Below are positions 31,751-41,112 of a stretch of 63,146 bases of DNA, piece after piece; the first letter of the stretch is position 1; every line of letters starts with the position of its first letter. The position numbers were made by a program, and so were the translations under genes. The DNA lies in NCBI GenBank assembly GCA_036447375.1, contig JAZFUU010000071.1, forward strand, positions 1 to 63,146, given 5' to 3'. The notes under the pieces were generated by a model that saw nothing but the letters and a program-made list of their open reading frames with translations, made no database searches and had not been told where the DNA came from. Source of the DNA: Myxococcota bacterium. Its GTDB lineage: Bacteria; Myxococcota_A; UBA9160; SMWR01.

Positions 31751-32896
31751 GATGACTGCTCTTGGCCGGCCTTCAACAGGAGAGTGGCCCGAATGAAGCG
31801 GTCGAGTCCCCCCTGCAGCACGCCTTCGACATTCCCCTCCTCGAGATTCGTTCGATGATCCTTGACCCGCTGTTGCGGGTGAAGCGTGTAGGAACGGATC
31901 TGGCTGCCGAACTCGATCTGACGCTGTTCGCCCCGCGCCGCGGCGAGCTTCTCCTCTCTTTCCTGTCGCGCCCGCTCGTAGAGACGCGCCCGCAGCACCT
32001 TCATCGCCATGGCCCGGTTCTTGTGCTGGGAACGCTCATTCTGGCACTGGACTACGACATTGGTGGGAACGTGCGTGATGCGCACGGCAGAGTCGGTCTT
32101 GTTGACGTGCTGCCCACCCGCGCCGCCGGCACGATAGGTGTCGACCCGCAGATCTTTTTCGTCGATGTCCACTTCGATCGAATCGTCCAGCTCGGGGACG
32201 ACGGAAACACTGGCGAAGGCCGTGTGCCGGCGCGACTGGGAGTCGAATGGGGAGATGCGTACCAGCCGATGCACGCCCTCCTCCGTCTTGAGATAGCCGA
32301 AGGCGTAGTCCCCGGACACGGTGAAGGTCACGCTGCGCAAGCCCGCTTCCTCCCCATCCTGGCGGTCCAGCTCTTCGACCCGAAAGTCGCGGGAGTCGCC
32401 CCAGCGCACGTACATCCGCATCAGCATCTCGGCCCAATCGCAAGCGTCGGTTCCACCGGCCCCGGAGTTGATGGAGATGATCGCGTTGGACGCGTCATTC
32501 TCCCCGCCCAGCAGACGGCGGAACTCGGCCTCTTCCAGGTCTGCGTTGGCCGATGCGATCTTGTCGGCGGCCTCGACACGTGTCGCCTCGTCATCGACTT
32601 CGGCCGCGAGATCCAGAAGCACCTGGGCGTCTTCCAGACCGCTGGCCATTCGTTCGAAGAAGGCGACCTCGCGCTCTACCCGACTCTTCTCGCGCAGGAG
32701 CTTCTCGGCACGCTCCCGTTCCTCCCAGAGCCCGGGTCGCGCCGATTCGGCCTGCAACTCCTCGAGTCGAGAGCGAAGGCGGGCCTCGTCAAAGTCGCCC
32801 CCGGAACTCGTCGAAGCGGGCGCAGATTACGCGCAGCCGCTCGGCGAGCTCACCGGCATCGATTCGAGCCTCACTGGTCGTCTCACTCACGGACAT
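31747..32896 (-). CDS. prfB: Peptide chain release factor 2, expressed through a programmed +1 frameshift
   Basis: Frame 0 (32896-32792) reads MSVSETTSEARIDAGELAERLRVICARFDEFRGRL, then TGA at 32791-32789. The +1 frame continues DEARLRSRLEELQAESARPGLWEE... into track ORF 31747..32757, which carries SPFDS and GGQHVNKTDSAVRITH. Total length 1150 nt = 3n+1. Confidence 0.93.
32788..32802 (-). promoter_or_regulatory. RF2 autoregulatory +1 frameshift site
   Basis: The minus strand reads CGGGGG CGA CTT TGA C: an SD-like GGGGG, 3 nt, then the slippery CUU followed by the in-frame UGA C. The layout matches the E. coli prfB site. Confidence 0.9.
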
Positions 32897-34535
32897 CCCC
32901 CCGGCCTCCCCCGACTGACTCCGACCGAGTGGCCCGGGGCGGCCTCCCTCGGCGCGCGACCCCCCGGAGGCCCAGCGCGGCAACCCCCGACCAGCACACC
33001 CAGACGAATACATCACCGTAGCGCGTGTAGAAGGATCCCCCGATCGGCGCCGGACGCAACGGCAAATCCGCTGAAAGCCAGCCGCGCTCGAAGATCCGGG
33101 TCTGAGAGCGAACGCGACCGCGGGCGTCGATGAAGGCCGAGATTCCAGTGTTCGCGGCGCGCGCGGTCCACACCCGGTTCTCCGCCGAGCGCAGGGCGGT
33201 GATCGCGAGAAATTGATATGGAGCCCCGGTGCGCCCGTACCAGGCATCATTGGTGATCGCGAAGAGCACCTCGGCACCGTCGGCGACGAACCGCCGCACC
33301 AGGTCCGGGAAGATCAGCTCATAGCAGATGGGCGACCCCGCCCGTATCGAGTCAGAACCGCCGGGGATCGTCAGGTCGACGGCCCGGGGCCCAATTCCAG
33401 GGGATACGTCTATCGTGGCGATTCCGCGGGCCAGCGCCGTGATCATCCCGCCCAGTAAGTCGCGCAGCGGGAGGTATTCGCCAAAGGGCACCAGGTGGGC
33501 CTTGTCATAGCGCCCCGCGAGTCCGCCAGCGCCATCGACCAGAAAGGCGCTGTCCGTGAACCGCACGGGTTGGGATTCGCCGTCGTACTCCAGACCGACC
33601 GCCCCCAGCACCAGCACCGCTCCGGCCTCGCGGGCGAGTTTCGAGAGACGGACCGGGGTCGGCGCAAGGGCCTCGATTCCGCCCGGAACCGACGACTCGG
33701 GCCAGACGATGATTCGTGCCCCGTCCGCGGCCGCACTCCGGGTGAGTTCCTCGTACACCCGCAGGATCTCGTCGGCGCGGGTGGCGCTCCATTTCCGCTT
33801 CTGGTCGATGTTGCCCTGGAGCACGGCCACCCGGACGGTCCGAAGGTCGACTTCGGGTTCGCTCGAAAAATCGATCACGCCGACCCCGTGGAAGGCGAGC
33901 ACCGCGGCCGCCCCCGCCCAGAAGCCAGCGCTCGGGCGACGCCGGGCGACCCCGTCGCGCACCAGACCGGCCAGCAGCGCCCCCGCTAGCACGGTAACGA
34001 AGGACAGGCCGTAGACCCCGGTGTAGGGTGCCAGCGCCATCAGGGCCTGATTTTGATGCTGCGCGTACCCCAGGGTCGCCCAGGGAAATCCCGACAGGAC
34101 GAACGACCGCAGGTGGTCCAGGCCCGTCCACAGTGCGGCGGCCGAGAGCGGAGAGGCGACTCCAAGACGCCCCAACACAGCCCAGGCCACCCCGAAAATT
34201 CCGGTGAAGGCGGCGACGTAGGCCCCCGGTACCAACGGTGCCAGAACTCCCGCCAGCAGCGGCGCGTTGCCGTAGACAACCGTCACGACGTAGAACCAAT
34301 GAAAGATCAGGGCATGAGAGATCAGGCCGGCGGCGAACGCGGCACGCCCCGCGCGCGCCGGCGACAACCCGCTCAGGGCCAGCAGCAATAGCGCGGGGCT
34401 CCACCAGGCCACTACGAAGCCCAGGTCGATCACCCCGTCGCCCATCGATCGTGGAATGGGGTGCGGGAACGAGAATACGGTCACCGCGACGTAGCCGGCG
34501 AATAGCGGCGCGCGCCACCGACCCAAACGGCTCAT
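32883..34535 (-). CDS. lnt: Apolipoprotein N-acyltransferase
   Basis: A polytopic N-terminal domain plus a CN-hydrolase domain (VAVLQGNIDQKRKW, IIVWPESS, PICYELIFPD with the catalytic Cys). I prefer the ATG at 34535 (MSRLGRW...), which forms an ATGA overlap with the ybeY stop. Confidence 0.9.
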   Translation of the reverse strand: MSRLGRWRAPLFAGYVAVTVFSFPHPIPRSMGDGVIDLGFVVAWWSPALLLLALSGLSPARAGRAAFAAGLISHALIFHWFYVVTVVYGNAPLLAGVLAPLVPGAYVAAFTGIFGVAWAVLGRLGVASPLSAAALWTGLDHLRSFVLSGFPWATLGYAQHQNQALMALAPYTGVYGLSFVTVLAGALLAGLVRDGVARRRPSAGFWAGAAAVLAFHGVGVIDFSSEPEVDLRTVRVAVLQGNIDQKRKWSATRADEILRVYEELTRSAAADGARIIVWPESSVPGGIEALAPTPVRLSKLAREAGAVLVLGAVGLEYDGESQPVRFTDSAFLVDGAGGLAGRYDKAHLVPFGEYLPLRDLLGGMITALARGIATIDVSPGIGPRAVDLTIPGGSDSIRAGSPICYELIFPDLVRRFVADGAEVLFAITNDAWYGRTGAPYQFLAITALRSAENRVWTARAANTGISAFIDARGRVRSQTRIFERGWLSADLPLRPAPIGGSFYTRYGDVFVWVCWSGVAALGLRGVARRGRPPRATRSESVGGGRGDVRE

Positions 34536-34975
34536 GCCCGAAGCACCCGCCACAGGCGCCGCTCCTCGCACCGCATCACCTCCGAGTCCCGGCGCCGTGC
34601 GTGATCGTATCCCAGCAGATGCAGCGTTCCGTGAATGAGAAGCTGGGCCACCTCGTCATCGAGCGTCCTGCGACGAACCCGCGCCTGGCGCGCGGCGGTC
34701 TCGATCCCGATCACGACGTCACCCAGCAGCGGCCCTCGATACTCGGCGTGGTCCCCCTCGAGAAGCGAAAAGGAAAGCACGTCCGTCGCGCCCGCCCGCT
34801 GGCGATGGGTCGCGTTGAGGGCCGCAATGGCCTCGTCATCGAGCAGGTGGATCGAGAGTTCCGACCGCGCGTGTGAGACGGCGCGAAGCAACCTCGTCGC
34901 CCGCGACCGCAGCAGACGTCGATCGACTCGGGGAAGGCCGCCCCGGCGCGCCGGCGGCGTCAGACGCACGGTCAT
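34532..34975 (-). CDS. ybeY: rRNA maturation endoribonuclease YbeY
   Basis: 147 aa with TDVLSF and the zinc motif HGTLHLLGYDH. Confidence 0.92.
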   Translation of the reverse strand: MTVRLTPPARRGGLPRVDRRLLRSRATRLLRAVSHARSELSIHLLDDEAIAALNATHRQRAGATDVLSFSLLEGDHAEYRGPLLGDVVIGIETAARQARVRRRTLDDEVAQLLIHGTLHLLGYDHARRRDSEVMRCEERRLWRVLRA

Positions 34976-35982
34976 TCTTTGACGGGACGGGGCTCCGACC
35001 CGTGGTGGGCGGTCGACTGCTGCAAGCGTTCGTAGGCGTCGATGATGGATTGCACCAGCGGGTGTCGAACAACGTCTTCCTTGGTGAACTCCATGAAGCC
35101 GATCCCCTCGACGCCCTTGAGGATGTCGATGGCCTCGATCAGGCCGCTGCGCTTTTCGCTGGGTAGATCGACCTGTGTCGTGTCCCCGGTAATGACTGCC
35201 TTGGAGTCGGAACCCAGGCGTGTGAGGAACATCTTCATCTGTTCACTGGTCGTGTTCTGCGCTTCGTCGAGGATGACGAACGAGTCATTGAGCGTGCGTC
35301 CACGCATGAACGCCAGTGGGGCGACTTCGATCACTCCCCGATCCATCAGCCGCGTGGCCTTCTCGAAGGGCATCATGTCGTTGAGCGCGTCGTACAACGG
35401 TCGCAGGTAGGGATTGACCTTCTCCACCATGGAGCCGGGGAGGAAACCCAGCTTCTCACCGGCCTCCACTGCCGGTCGCGTGAGCACCACCCGCGACACT
35501 TCGTGGCGATTCAGCGCGGCGATGGCGACCGCCATGGCGAGATAGGTCTTTCCCGTTCCGGCGGGCCCGCTGGCGATCACCACGTCTCGGGTGCGCATCT
35601 CGTCGAGGTAGCGACGCTGGGCAAGATTCTTGGCGACGATTCGCCGGCGCGATCCCACCGCCGCGAGAACGTCTTCGTAGACATCCGACAGGTCGACATC
35701 GGGTTGCTGGGTCACCATGCGCACAGCCTCGCGAACGTCGCGGGCGTGGACCGGGACACCGGAGCGCAACACACCGTAGAGTTCTTCGAGTACCTTTCGA
35801 GCCAGCCCGACTTCGACGGACGAACCAATCAGCCTCACCTCGTTGCCGCGCGCACGGGCATCGATTCCGAATTCCTGTTCCAGGATCCGAAGCGTTCTGT
35901 CGCCTTCGCCGTAGAGCGCGGCTGCAATGTGGTTGTCGTCGAAGATCAGGGTCTGACGGGCGGCAGATTCTTTCTGGGCCAG
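34972..35982 (-). CDS. phoH: PhoH-family ATPase; start codon unresolved, probably non-canonical
   Basis: Walker A GPAGTGKTYLAMAVA and Walker B FVILDEAQNT. The track ORF starts at the GTG at 35838, but the same frame stays open to the TAA at 35994-35992 and encodes a PhoH-like N-terminus (TLIFDDNHIAAALYGEGDRTLRILEQEFGIDARARGNEV). That stretch has no ATG, GTG or TTG. The CTG at 35982 sits 5 nt after AAGAGG. Confidence 0.8.
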   Translation of the reverse strand: MAQKESAARQTLIFDDNHIAAALYGEGDRTLRILEQEFGIDARARGNEVRLIGSSVEVGLARKVLEELYGVLRSGVPVHARDVREAVRMVTQQPDVDLSDVYEDVLAAVGSRRRIVAKNLAQRRYLDEMRTRDVVIASGPAGTGKTYLAMAVAIAALNRHEVSRVVLTRPAVEAGEKLGFLPGSMVEKVNPYLRPLYDALNDMMPFEKATRLMDRGVIEVAPLAFMRGRTLNDSFVILDEAQNTTSEQMKMFLTRLGSDSKAVITGDTTQVDLPSEKRSGLIEAIDILKGVEGIGFMEFTKEDVVRHPLVQSIIDAYERLQQSTAHHGSEPRPVKE

Positions 35983-36079
35983 GATTTCCTCTTACCGATG
36001 CGCGGATTCGATGACCAGAACGCGCAGACAGCAGAACCCGCAGACCGAACTCGATTCCGCGGATCGAAGCACCGGGGCC

Positions 36080-37195
36080 TCAGTGCTCCGGCGCGAGAAG
36101 CAAGGCTCCGGCCTCGGTGCCCACATAATAGTAGGGACCGTCCCCGGCGGGCGCCAATTCGGAGCCGTCCAGCAGGCCCTCTTTCTCGAGCTGGGCGAGG
36201 TCGCGGGGCCACTCCCCCCGGCCGAACCGGTAGGACTCGATCGCGTACCGCACACGATGGGACGCGTACTTCAGTCGCATCGATTCCAGCGGCGACTGCG
36301 ACACCGCGAATTCCGGATTCGCGTGCTTCGGGGTGCGCTCGCGATGGGCCTGAAGCGCGAGGACCGAAAGGAAAACGAGGGGCAACACGGCGAGTGTCCA
36401 TCGCCACACGGTTTTCCCGCCGGCGGCCGCGGAAACCCGCGGAGAGCGCTCGTGCCGCTTTGGACCGACATCTGCGATGATCTCGTGTCGTCGTAGCTCG
36501 GCCAGAATTCGGGTGGCATCGAAGGTACCGAGCCGCGACAAGTCGATGATACGCTGAACCGGAAGGCGGCCGTCGACCAGATGGAACACGCGCTTCGCCG
36601 CTTCGACCGCTGTCTGATCCCGGCCGACCGCTTTCTGTTGATACACGTCGAAACTCTGCTGCCTGCCGAAGACCAGCTCCGTGGACGGCACCTGTTCGGT
36701 CACGGCCTGCCACTCGTCGACCATGCGCATGCCGTCCAACAGAATCTGTTCGGCGCCGAGCAGATCGTCGTAGCTGCGATCGTGGACCACTTCTTGTGCA
36801 CTGAAGTTGAACGAACCGCGCGACCAACGCACCGCCCGAAAGATCGCATCCCGGGTGATCAGATTCTCGATCTCATCCACCGCGTCCGAGGTCAAGCGTC
36901 CGCTCTGGACGGCCATCCCCGCGAGAGTCTTTCCGGAAGCCTTGCCATCCCGTAGAAAAGTGTCGACTTCCGTCCGCTCAAGAAGGCCACAACCGACGAG
37001 CATGTCCCCCATGACCGCGTCGGCACCGAGGCGGCCGGAAATCGCCGAGACGACCGATCCGCGATCAAATTGGATCAGGATCTGCTCGCGCTCGAAGGAG
37101 AATTCGAGGTTGCCCGTCTTTCGCTGTTGCCCGATGAGCTGGAAGATCTCACCAATTCCGAAATCCTCGAGATTGCCGCGCAGCGCAACCGACAC
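36080..37195 (-). CDS. PATAN/DUF4388 domain protein with a single TM segment and a C-terminal extracytoplasmic domain
   Basis: GTG at 37195, 3 nt after the upstream stop. The N-terminus ALRGNLEDFGIGEIFQLIGQQRKTGNLEF is the DUF4388 signature. A TM segment WRWTLAVLPLVFLSVLAL lies near residue 285, followed by a tail of about 85 aa. Confidence 0.75.
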   Translation of the reverse strand: MSVALRGNLEDFGIGEIFQLIGQQRKTGNLEFSFEREQILIQFDRGSVVSAISGRLGADAVMGDMLVGCGLLERTEVDTFLRDGKASGKTLAGMAVQSGRLTSDAVDEIENLITRDAIFRAVRWSRGSFNFSAQEVVHDRSYDDLLGAEQILLDGMRMVDEWQAVTEQVPSTELVFGRQQSFDVYQQKAVGRDQTAVEAAKRVFHLVDGRLPVQRIIDLSRLGTFDATRILAELRRHEIIADVGPKRHERSPRVSAAAGGKTVWRWTLAVLPLVFLSVLALQAHRERTPKHANPEFAVSQSPLESMRLKYASHRVRYAIESYRFGRGEWPRDLAQLEKEGLLDGSELAPAGDGPYYYVGTEAGALLLAPEH

Positions 37196-37197
37196 GG

Positions 37198-39111
37198 TCA
37201 GACGTTCCTGCGCGCCACGAGGCTGGCGGCGACGACGATGGCATACGCCGTGGAGGCGACAACGGCGGTTCCGATGAATACGATCGGCGCAGCAGCGCCA
37301 GCCACCAACGGATCCGGAGCCACGCCCCCGCGCCATAGGATCGAGCTGGCCGCCACCGCGAAGAATGCGGCACCGAGCAGGCTACGCGTGGGACTCTCCG
37401 CGAGAAGGCCCGCAACGCCGGGGAGGAGAATCGACGACACCACCGCCAACCGATCCAGACGCCGCTCCCGATTTCGCAGTTCGTCGATTCTGGCCTGGCG
37501 AAGAGTGCGGTCGGTGTTCCCGGAATGATGAAACAGGAGAACGCAGGCGTCGCAGAGCAGATTGTCTTTCATCCCCGGATCACAGCGCGGACACAGACGG
37601 CGGCCACAGCGTCCGCACGAACGAGACGCCTGCAGGCGCACGCCCAGAGCGCCGGCGCAGATGCCGACAAGGCCGAATGCGAGAGCCGCCACCGACGCGT
37701 TGCGACCGAGAATACTCGGGGCGATCTTCCTGCGAAGATCGGTATCCATCTCGCGCCGCCCTTCGGCCGCCAGCACTCGGCGCCACAGCAGGGAAACCGG
37801 CAGAGGCATGTCGACCACGAAATTCTGTGGATCCGTCCGCTGTAAGGCCGTGAGCTGCGCCACCATCTCCTCGTCGATCTGCTGGGCGCGACCCAATGTG
37901 CTGGCGATGTCCTCCATTCGAAATGCGCGCCCATACGCGTGCGCGAGATTGAAGAACACGATGGGCGAGTCGCTCAGCTCGGCAGCGTCCTCATAGAGAA
38001 CGATGGCCGATTCCACCTGGCCCAGTCTCATGCGGACCCCCGCGGCGTTGTTGGCGACCCCGGCGTCCATGGGAAGGGCTTGCATCAGCGCCTCGTAACG
38101 CGCGTCGGCTTGGGCCAGGTCGCCGTCGCGTCGAGACTGCATGGCCAGAGCCCGGGCCGCGAGAAGATCGTTCGCCTCGGCTTGCTCGAGACGGATCCGG
38201 TCCTGTTCGAGGGCAAGACCCCCGGTTGTCGCCATGGCCGCCTCGGCCACCGGATCCATGGAAAACAGATCGAGGGTGGCGCTGGCCAGCTGGGCGACCG
38301 GATAGGCGCCGATCATCACCATGGCCGCGGCGAACACCAGAACCAATCGTTGCCCAAATCCGCCGTAGACAACACCGACGCCAAAGAGTGCGATCGCGAC
38401 TCCGGCGATCCCGTGCCCCAATACCAGGGGAAGCAGCAGCAGGCCCGAGAGAAGGGCCCCACGTGCGAATCCGGGAATCGATCCCGGGACCAAATCTCCC
38501 AGATCGTGGGCGGCTCGGGGCGAAGCCACTGCCGCCGCCGCCGTGATACACAGCAGGCCGCCGGCTACGAGAGCCGCCGCCAGGACGAACAACGCGGATC
38601 CCCCGAACCAGAGGGAGGCCTCGGGATGTCGGAGAATCGCCGCGAGCGCCCCCTTGATGGCGCCGGCCGCTTCGAAGGGAGAAGCGCTGTGGACCCACAG
38701 GGCCCGGGCCCGTTCGACATGGGCAGCGGGCAGATCCGGGGCCAGCACCAGAGCGGCCGCCGATCGTTCCATGGGGTCGCCCAGGTCGGCGTTTCGGAGC
38801 AGCGCGCGAGCGGCGCCGTCGAGACTGCGCACCCCGAGTTCGAGCGAGACGCGACGGGTACGTAGGACGCGTTCCTCGAGGCTGCCGGCGGGAGCAAACC
38901 AGGCGCGCTCGATCGGGTCGCTGAAACGGCTCTGCGGCGCGGGAGGGCCCGGGTGCTCGCCCTCGGAGGAACCGACCTCGGAGGGACCGACCTCGGGTGT
39001 GTCGGCCGTCTCGACCCCGACGTCGGCGTCAGCCCGGGAGGAAACCGCAGGGGCCATGGAACAGAGTCCCAGAACCGCCAACATCGCCGCCCACCGGCCC
39101 ATCGTGCGCAC
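37198..39111 (-). CDS. Hypothetical polytopic membrane protein with a TPR-like region and a Cys-rich zinc-ribbon-like motif
   Basis: 637 aa. Signal peptide (MGRWAAMLAVLGLCSMAPAVSS), several hydrophobic helices, a helical-repeat region (LAARALAMQSRRDGDLAQADARYEALMQ...), the motif CGRCGRRLCPRCDPGMKDNLLCDAC, and further C-terminal TM helices. I recognise no specific family. Confidence 0.7.
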   Translation of the reverse strand: MRTMGRWAAMLAVLGLCSMAPAVSSRADADVGVETADTPEVGPSEVGSSEGEHPGPPAPQSRFSDPIERAWFAPAGSLEERVLRTRRVSLELGVRSLDGAARALLRNADLGDPMERSAAALVLAPDLPAAHVERARALWVHSASPFEAAGAIKGALAAILRHPEASLWFGGSALFVLAAALVAGGLLCITAAAAVASPRAAHDLGDLVPGSIPGFARGALLSGLLLLPLVLGHGIAGVAIALFGVGVVYGGFGQRLVLVFAAAMVMIGAYPVAQLASATLDLFSMDPVAEAAMATTGGLALEQDRIRLEQAEANDLLAARALAMQSRRDGDLAQADARYEALMQALPMDAGVANNAAGVRMRLGQVESAIVLYEDAAELSDSPIVFFNLAHAYGRAFRMEDIASTLGRAQQIDEEMVAQLTALQRTDPQNFVVDMPLPVSLLWRRVLAAEGRREMDTDLRRKIAPSILGRNASVAALAFGLVGICAGALGVRLQASRSCGRCGRRLCPRCDPGMKDNLLCDACVLLFHHSGNTDRTLRQARIDELRNRERRLDRLAVVSSILLPGVAGLLAESPTRSLLGAAFFAVAASSILWRGGVAPDPLVAGAAAPIVFIGTAVVASTAYAIVVAASLVARRNV

Positions 39112-39281
39112 GATCCGCCCCCCCTACAGCCTGAGGGCTGCGATTCTCTGTATCGGTGGACCCCCAAACCGCCTGAACCACCGAGAGCTCGGCCCCTCGG
39201 AGAGCGAAGTTCGGGGGGAACGGGTATGTTCACGCGCCGCATCTGGGGGTCCTGGCAGTTCCCTCAGCCCTGGGAGGACGG

Positions 39282-39542
39282 GTGGCAACCCACAAATCAG
39301 CACGCAAGCGGGCCCGTCAGTCGATCAAGCGCCGGACCCGCAATCGGGAACTCCGAACCCGCACCAAGGGTGCCGTCAAGCGGGTCCGAACCGCCCTCGA
39401 AACGAAGGACGCCGAGGCAACCCGAAGCACGCTGCTGACGGCCGAGTCGGTCTTAAGGCGTGCCGCCAGCAAGGGCGCGCTTCCGAAGAAACGGGCGAGC
39501 CGACTGATCGGCCGCCTCGCGCGGCACGCGAACAGCGTCTAG
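39282..39542 (+). CDS. rpsT: 30S ribosomal protein S20
   Basis: 86 aa: ATHKSARKRARQSIKRRTRNRELRTRTKGAVKRV. GTG start preceded by GGGAGGA. Confidence 0.93.
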   Translation: MATHKSARKRARQSIKRRTRNRELRTRTKGAVKRVRTALETKDAEATRSTLLTAESVLRRAASKGALPKKRASRLIGRLARHANSV

Positions 39543-39554
39543 CCCCAGCCCGCC

Positions 39555-39570
39555 GCGGCCTTGGGGCCGC
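39555..39570. terminator. Short GC hairpin between convergent rpsT and holA
   Basis: GCGGCC-TTGG-GGCCGC (6-bp stem) fills most of the 28-nt gap between the two convergent stops. No U-tract. Confidence 0.25.
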
Positions 39571-40560
39571 TCAGCCCGACAGTCCGAGAACGAGGCGCTC
39601 CAGGGCCATTTCCGGTTTCAGACCCGCGGCACCCTTCAGCGCCAGGTCGGTCTCGTGGATCGCGCGCAGACACGAGATCAACCGTGGCCGGGAATAGCGC
39701 TCGGCCTGGCTCTTCAGCTTTCGGGCCACGAAGGGCGGAGCCGGCACCGACCCCCCGGCACTGACCCGAATCAGGCGACGAAAATGCGACACCAGAGTCC
39801 CCAGGACCAGCGGCGGGGGCGCCCCGGCACGCAGCAGGCGAGCCAGCACCGATAGGGCATCTGCGGCCTTTCCGGCTCCGATCGCATCGGTGAGGTCCCA
39901 GATCGGTTCCTCGGCGATGTCGCTCGCGCCGGAGTTCACATGGGCGCGCGTCACCGACTCACCGGGCCCCGCGAGGAGAGACAGTTTTGCGATCTCCTGA
40001 CGCAGCATCAGTAGCTGCGGTCCGACCCGCTCGCCGAGCAGGTCCGCGGCCCCGGGTTCCAGACGAACGCCTTGGCGCTCCGCTTCCTCTCTCACGAAGG
40101 CCGCGAGGGCGCGGGCACCCCGCGGTGGATCGCATGCCACCGTGACGGGGTTCCCCGGGTCTCCTTTGGCAAAGGCCCGAGTCCAGCGCACGCGGCGATC
40201 CACTCGCGCGGCAATCACGGCCAGTACCACCCCGCTCTCCGAATCGAGGTCGGCGACGACATCGCCGAGGACGTCGGCCAGCCCCGCGGAGGCTCCGCGC
40301 CGACCCTCGGGCTCCCGCAGGACGACGAGGCGTCGCGGAGCCATCACGGGCAACGTGTGCACGGCGTCGAGCAGTGCTCCGGGCGCCGTCGAGCTGCCGT
40401 CCATCGAGTCGAAGTTGAACTCGGCCGGGCCTTCTCCCAGCACGGCCTCGCGAATGGTGGCGAGCGCGTCGTCCCGGAGCAGCGCCTCCTCACCCACCAG
40501 CAGATAGGCGGTTCGCAGGATTCCCCGAGAGACCTCGGATCGAAGCTCTTCGGGGGTCAC
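39571..40560 (-). CDS. holA: DNA polymerase III subunit delta
   Basis: GTG at 40560 forms a GTGA overlap with the lptE stop. 329 aa with the typical HolA layout (AYLLVGEEALLRDDAL, LLRQEIAKLSL, IWDLTDAIGAGKAADALSVLARLL). Canonical lptE-holA gene order. Confidence 0.88.
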   Translation of the reverse strand: MTPEELRSEVSRGILRTAYLLVGEEALLRDDALATIREAVLGEGPAEFNFDSMDGSSTAPGALLDAVHTLPVMAPRRLVVLREPEGRRGASAGLADVLGDVVADLDSESGVVLAVIAARVDRRVRWTRAFAKGDPGNPVTVACDPPRGARALAAFVREEAERQGVRLEPGAADLLGERVGPQLLMLRQEIAKLSLLAGPGESVTRAHVNSGASDIAEEPIWDLTDAIGAGKAADALSVLARLLRAGAPPPLVLGTLVSHFRRLIRVSAGGSVPAPPFVARKLKSQAERYSRPRLISCLRAIHETDLALKGAAGLKPEMALERLVLGLSG

Positions 40561-41072
40561 GGGGTGAGCACCTCGGCAAGGGCGTCGTGTACCCGCCCAG
40601 CCAACTGGGCCGCAACTCGATGCAGGGCCTCGTCCCGGTTCTTCCGCGTCGCTTCGACATCCGGGCTCACGAGGTAGCGCTCGGTTTCCCGCAGCGCTCG
40701 CGGGTCGACCGGAACCTCGGTTCCGTCGCGGCGGGTAGCCTGAATCGCCAGGCTCAGGGTGAGTTGGTACTCGATCACCAACACGGCCGACGAGAAGCTG
40801 GAGCCCGACGACTCGATCGGCAACACGCTCCCGGTCAAGACCAGGTCGGCCTGCTTCGGGTCCTCGATCAGCCTCACCGCGCCGCGCCGCAAGAACTCGC
40901 GGCGCAGGGCGTCGGACATGATGTACTCGACGCCCGCCTCGTAGGATTCGTTGCTGAGGGTCTCGACCGTCAGGGACCGGACGTCGCCGAGCGACCCCTC
41001 GTAGCGTACGAGCTTGTATCCGCACCCGAAAAGCACGGCACCGAGGGTGACGGCGAATGCGAGTCCTCTCAC
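40557..41072 (-). CDS. lptE: LPS-assembly lipoprotein LptE
   Basis: 171 aa with a lipobox (AVLFGCGY). Size and position directly upstream of holA are typical of LptE. The sequence motifs themselves are weak. Confidence 0.78.
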   Translation of the reverse strand: MRGLAFAVTLGAVLFGCGYKLVRYEGSLGDVRSLTVETLSNESYEAGVEYIMSDALRREFLRRGAVRLIEDPKQADLVLTGSVLPIESSGSSFSSAVLVIEYQLTLSLAIQATRRDGTEVPVDPRALRETERYLVSPDVEATRKNRDEALHRVAAQLAGRVHDALAEVLTP

Positions 41073-41112
41073 CCGGGCAGATATACCACAGGCGGGGCCT
41101 CCGACCGCTCGA

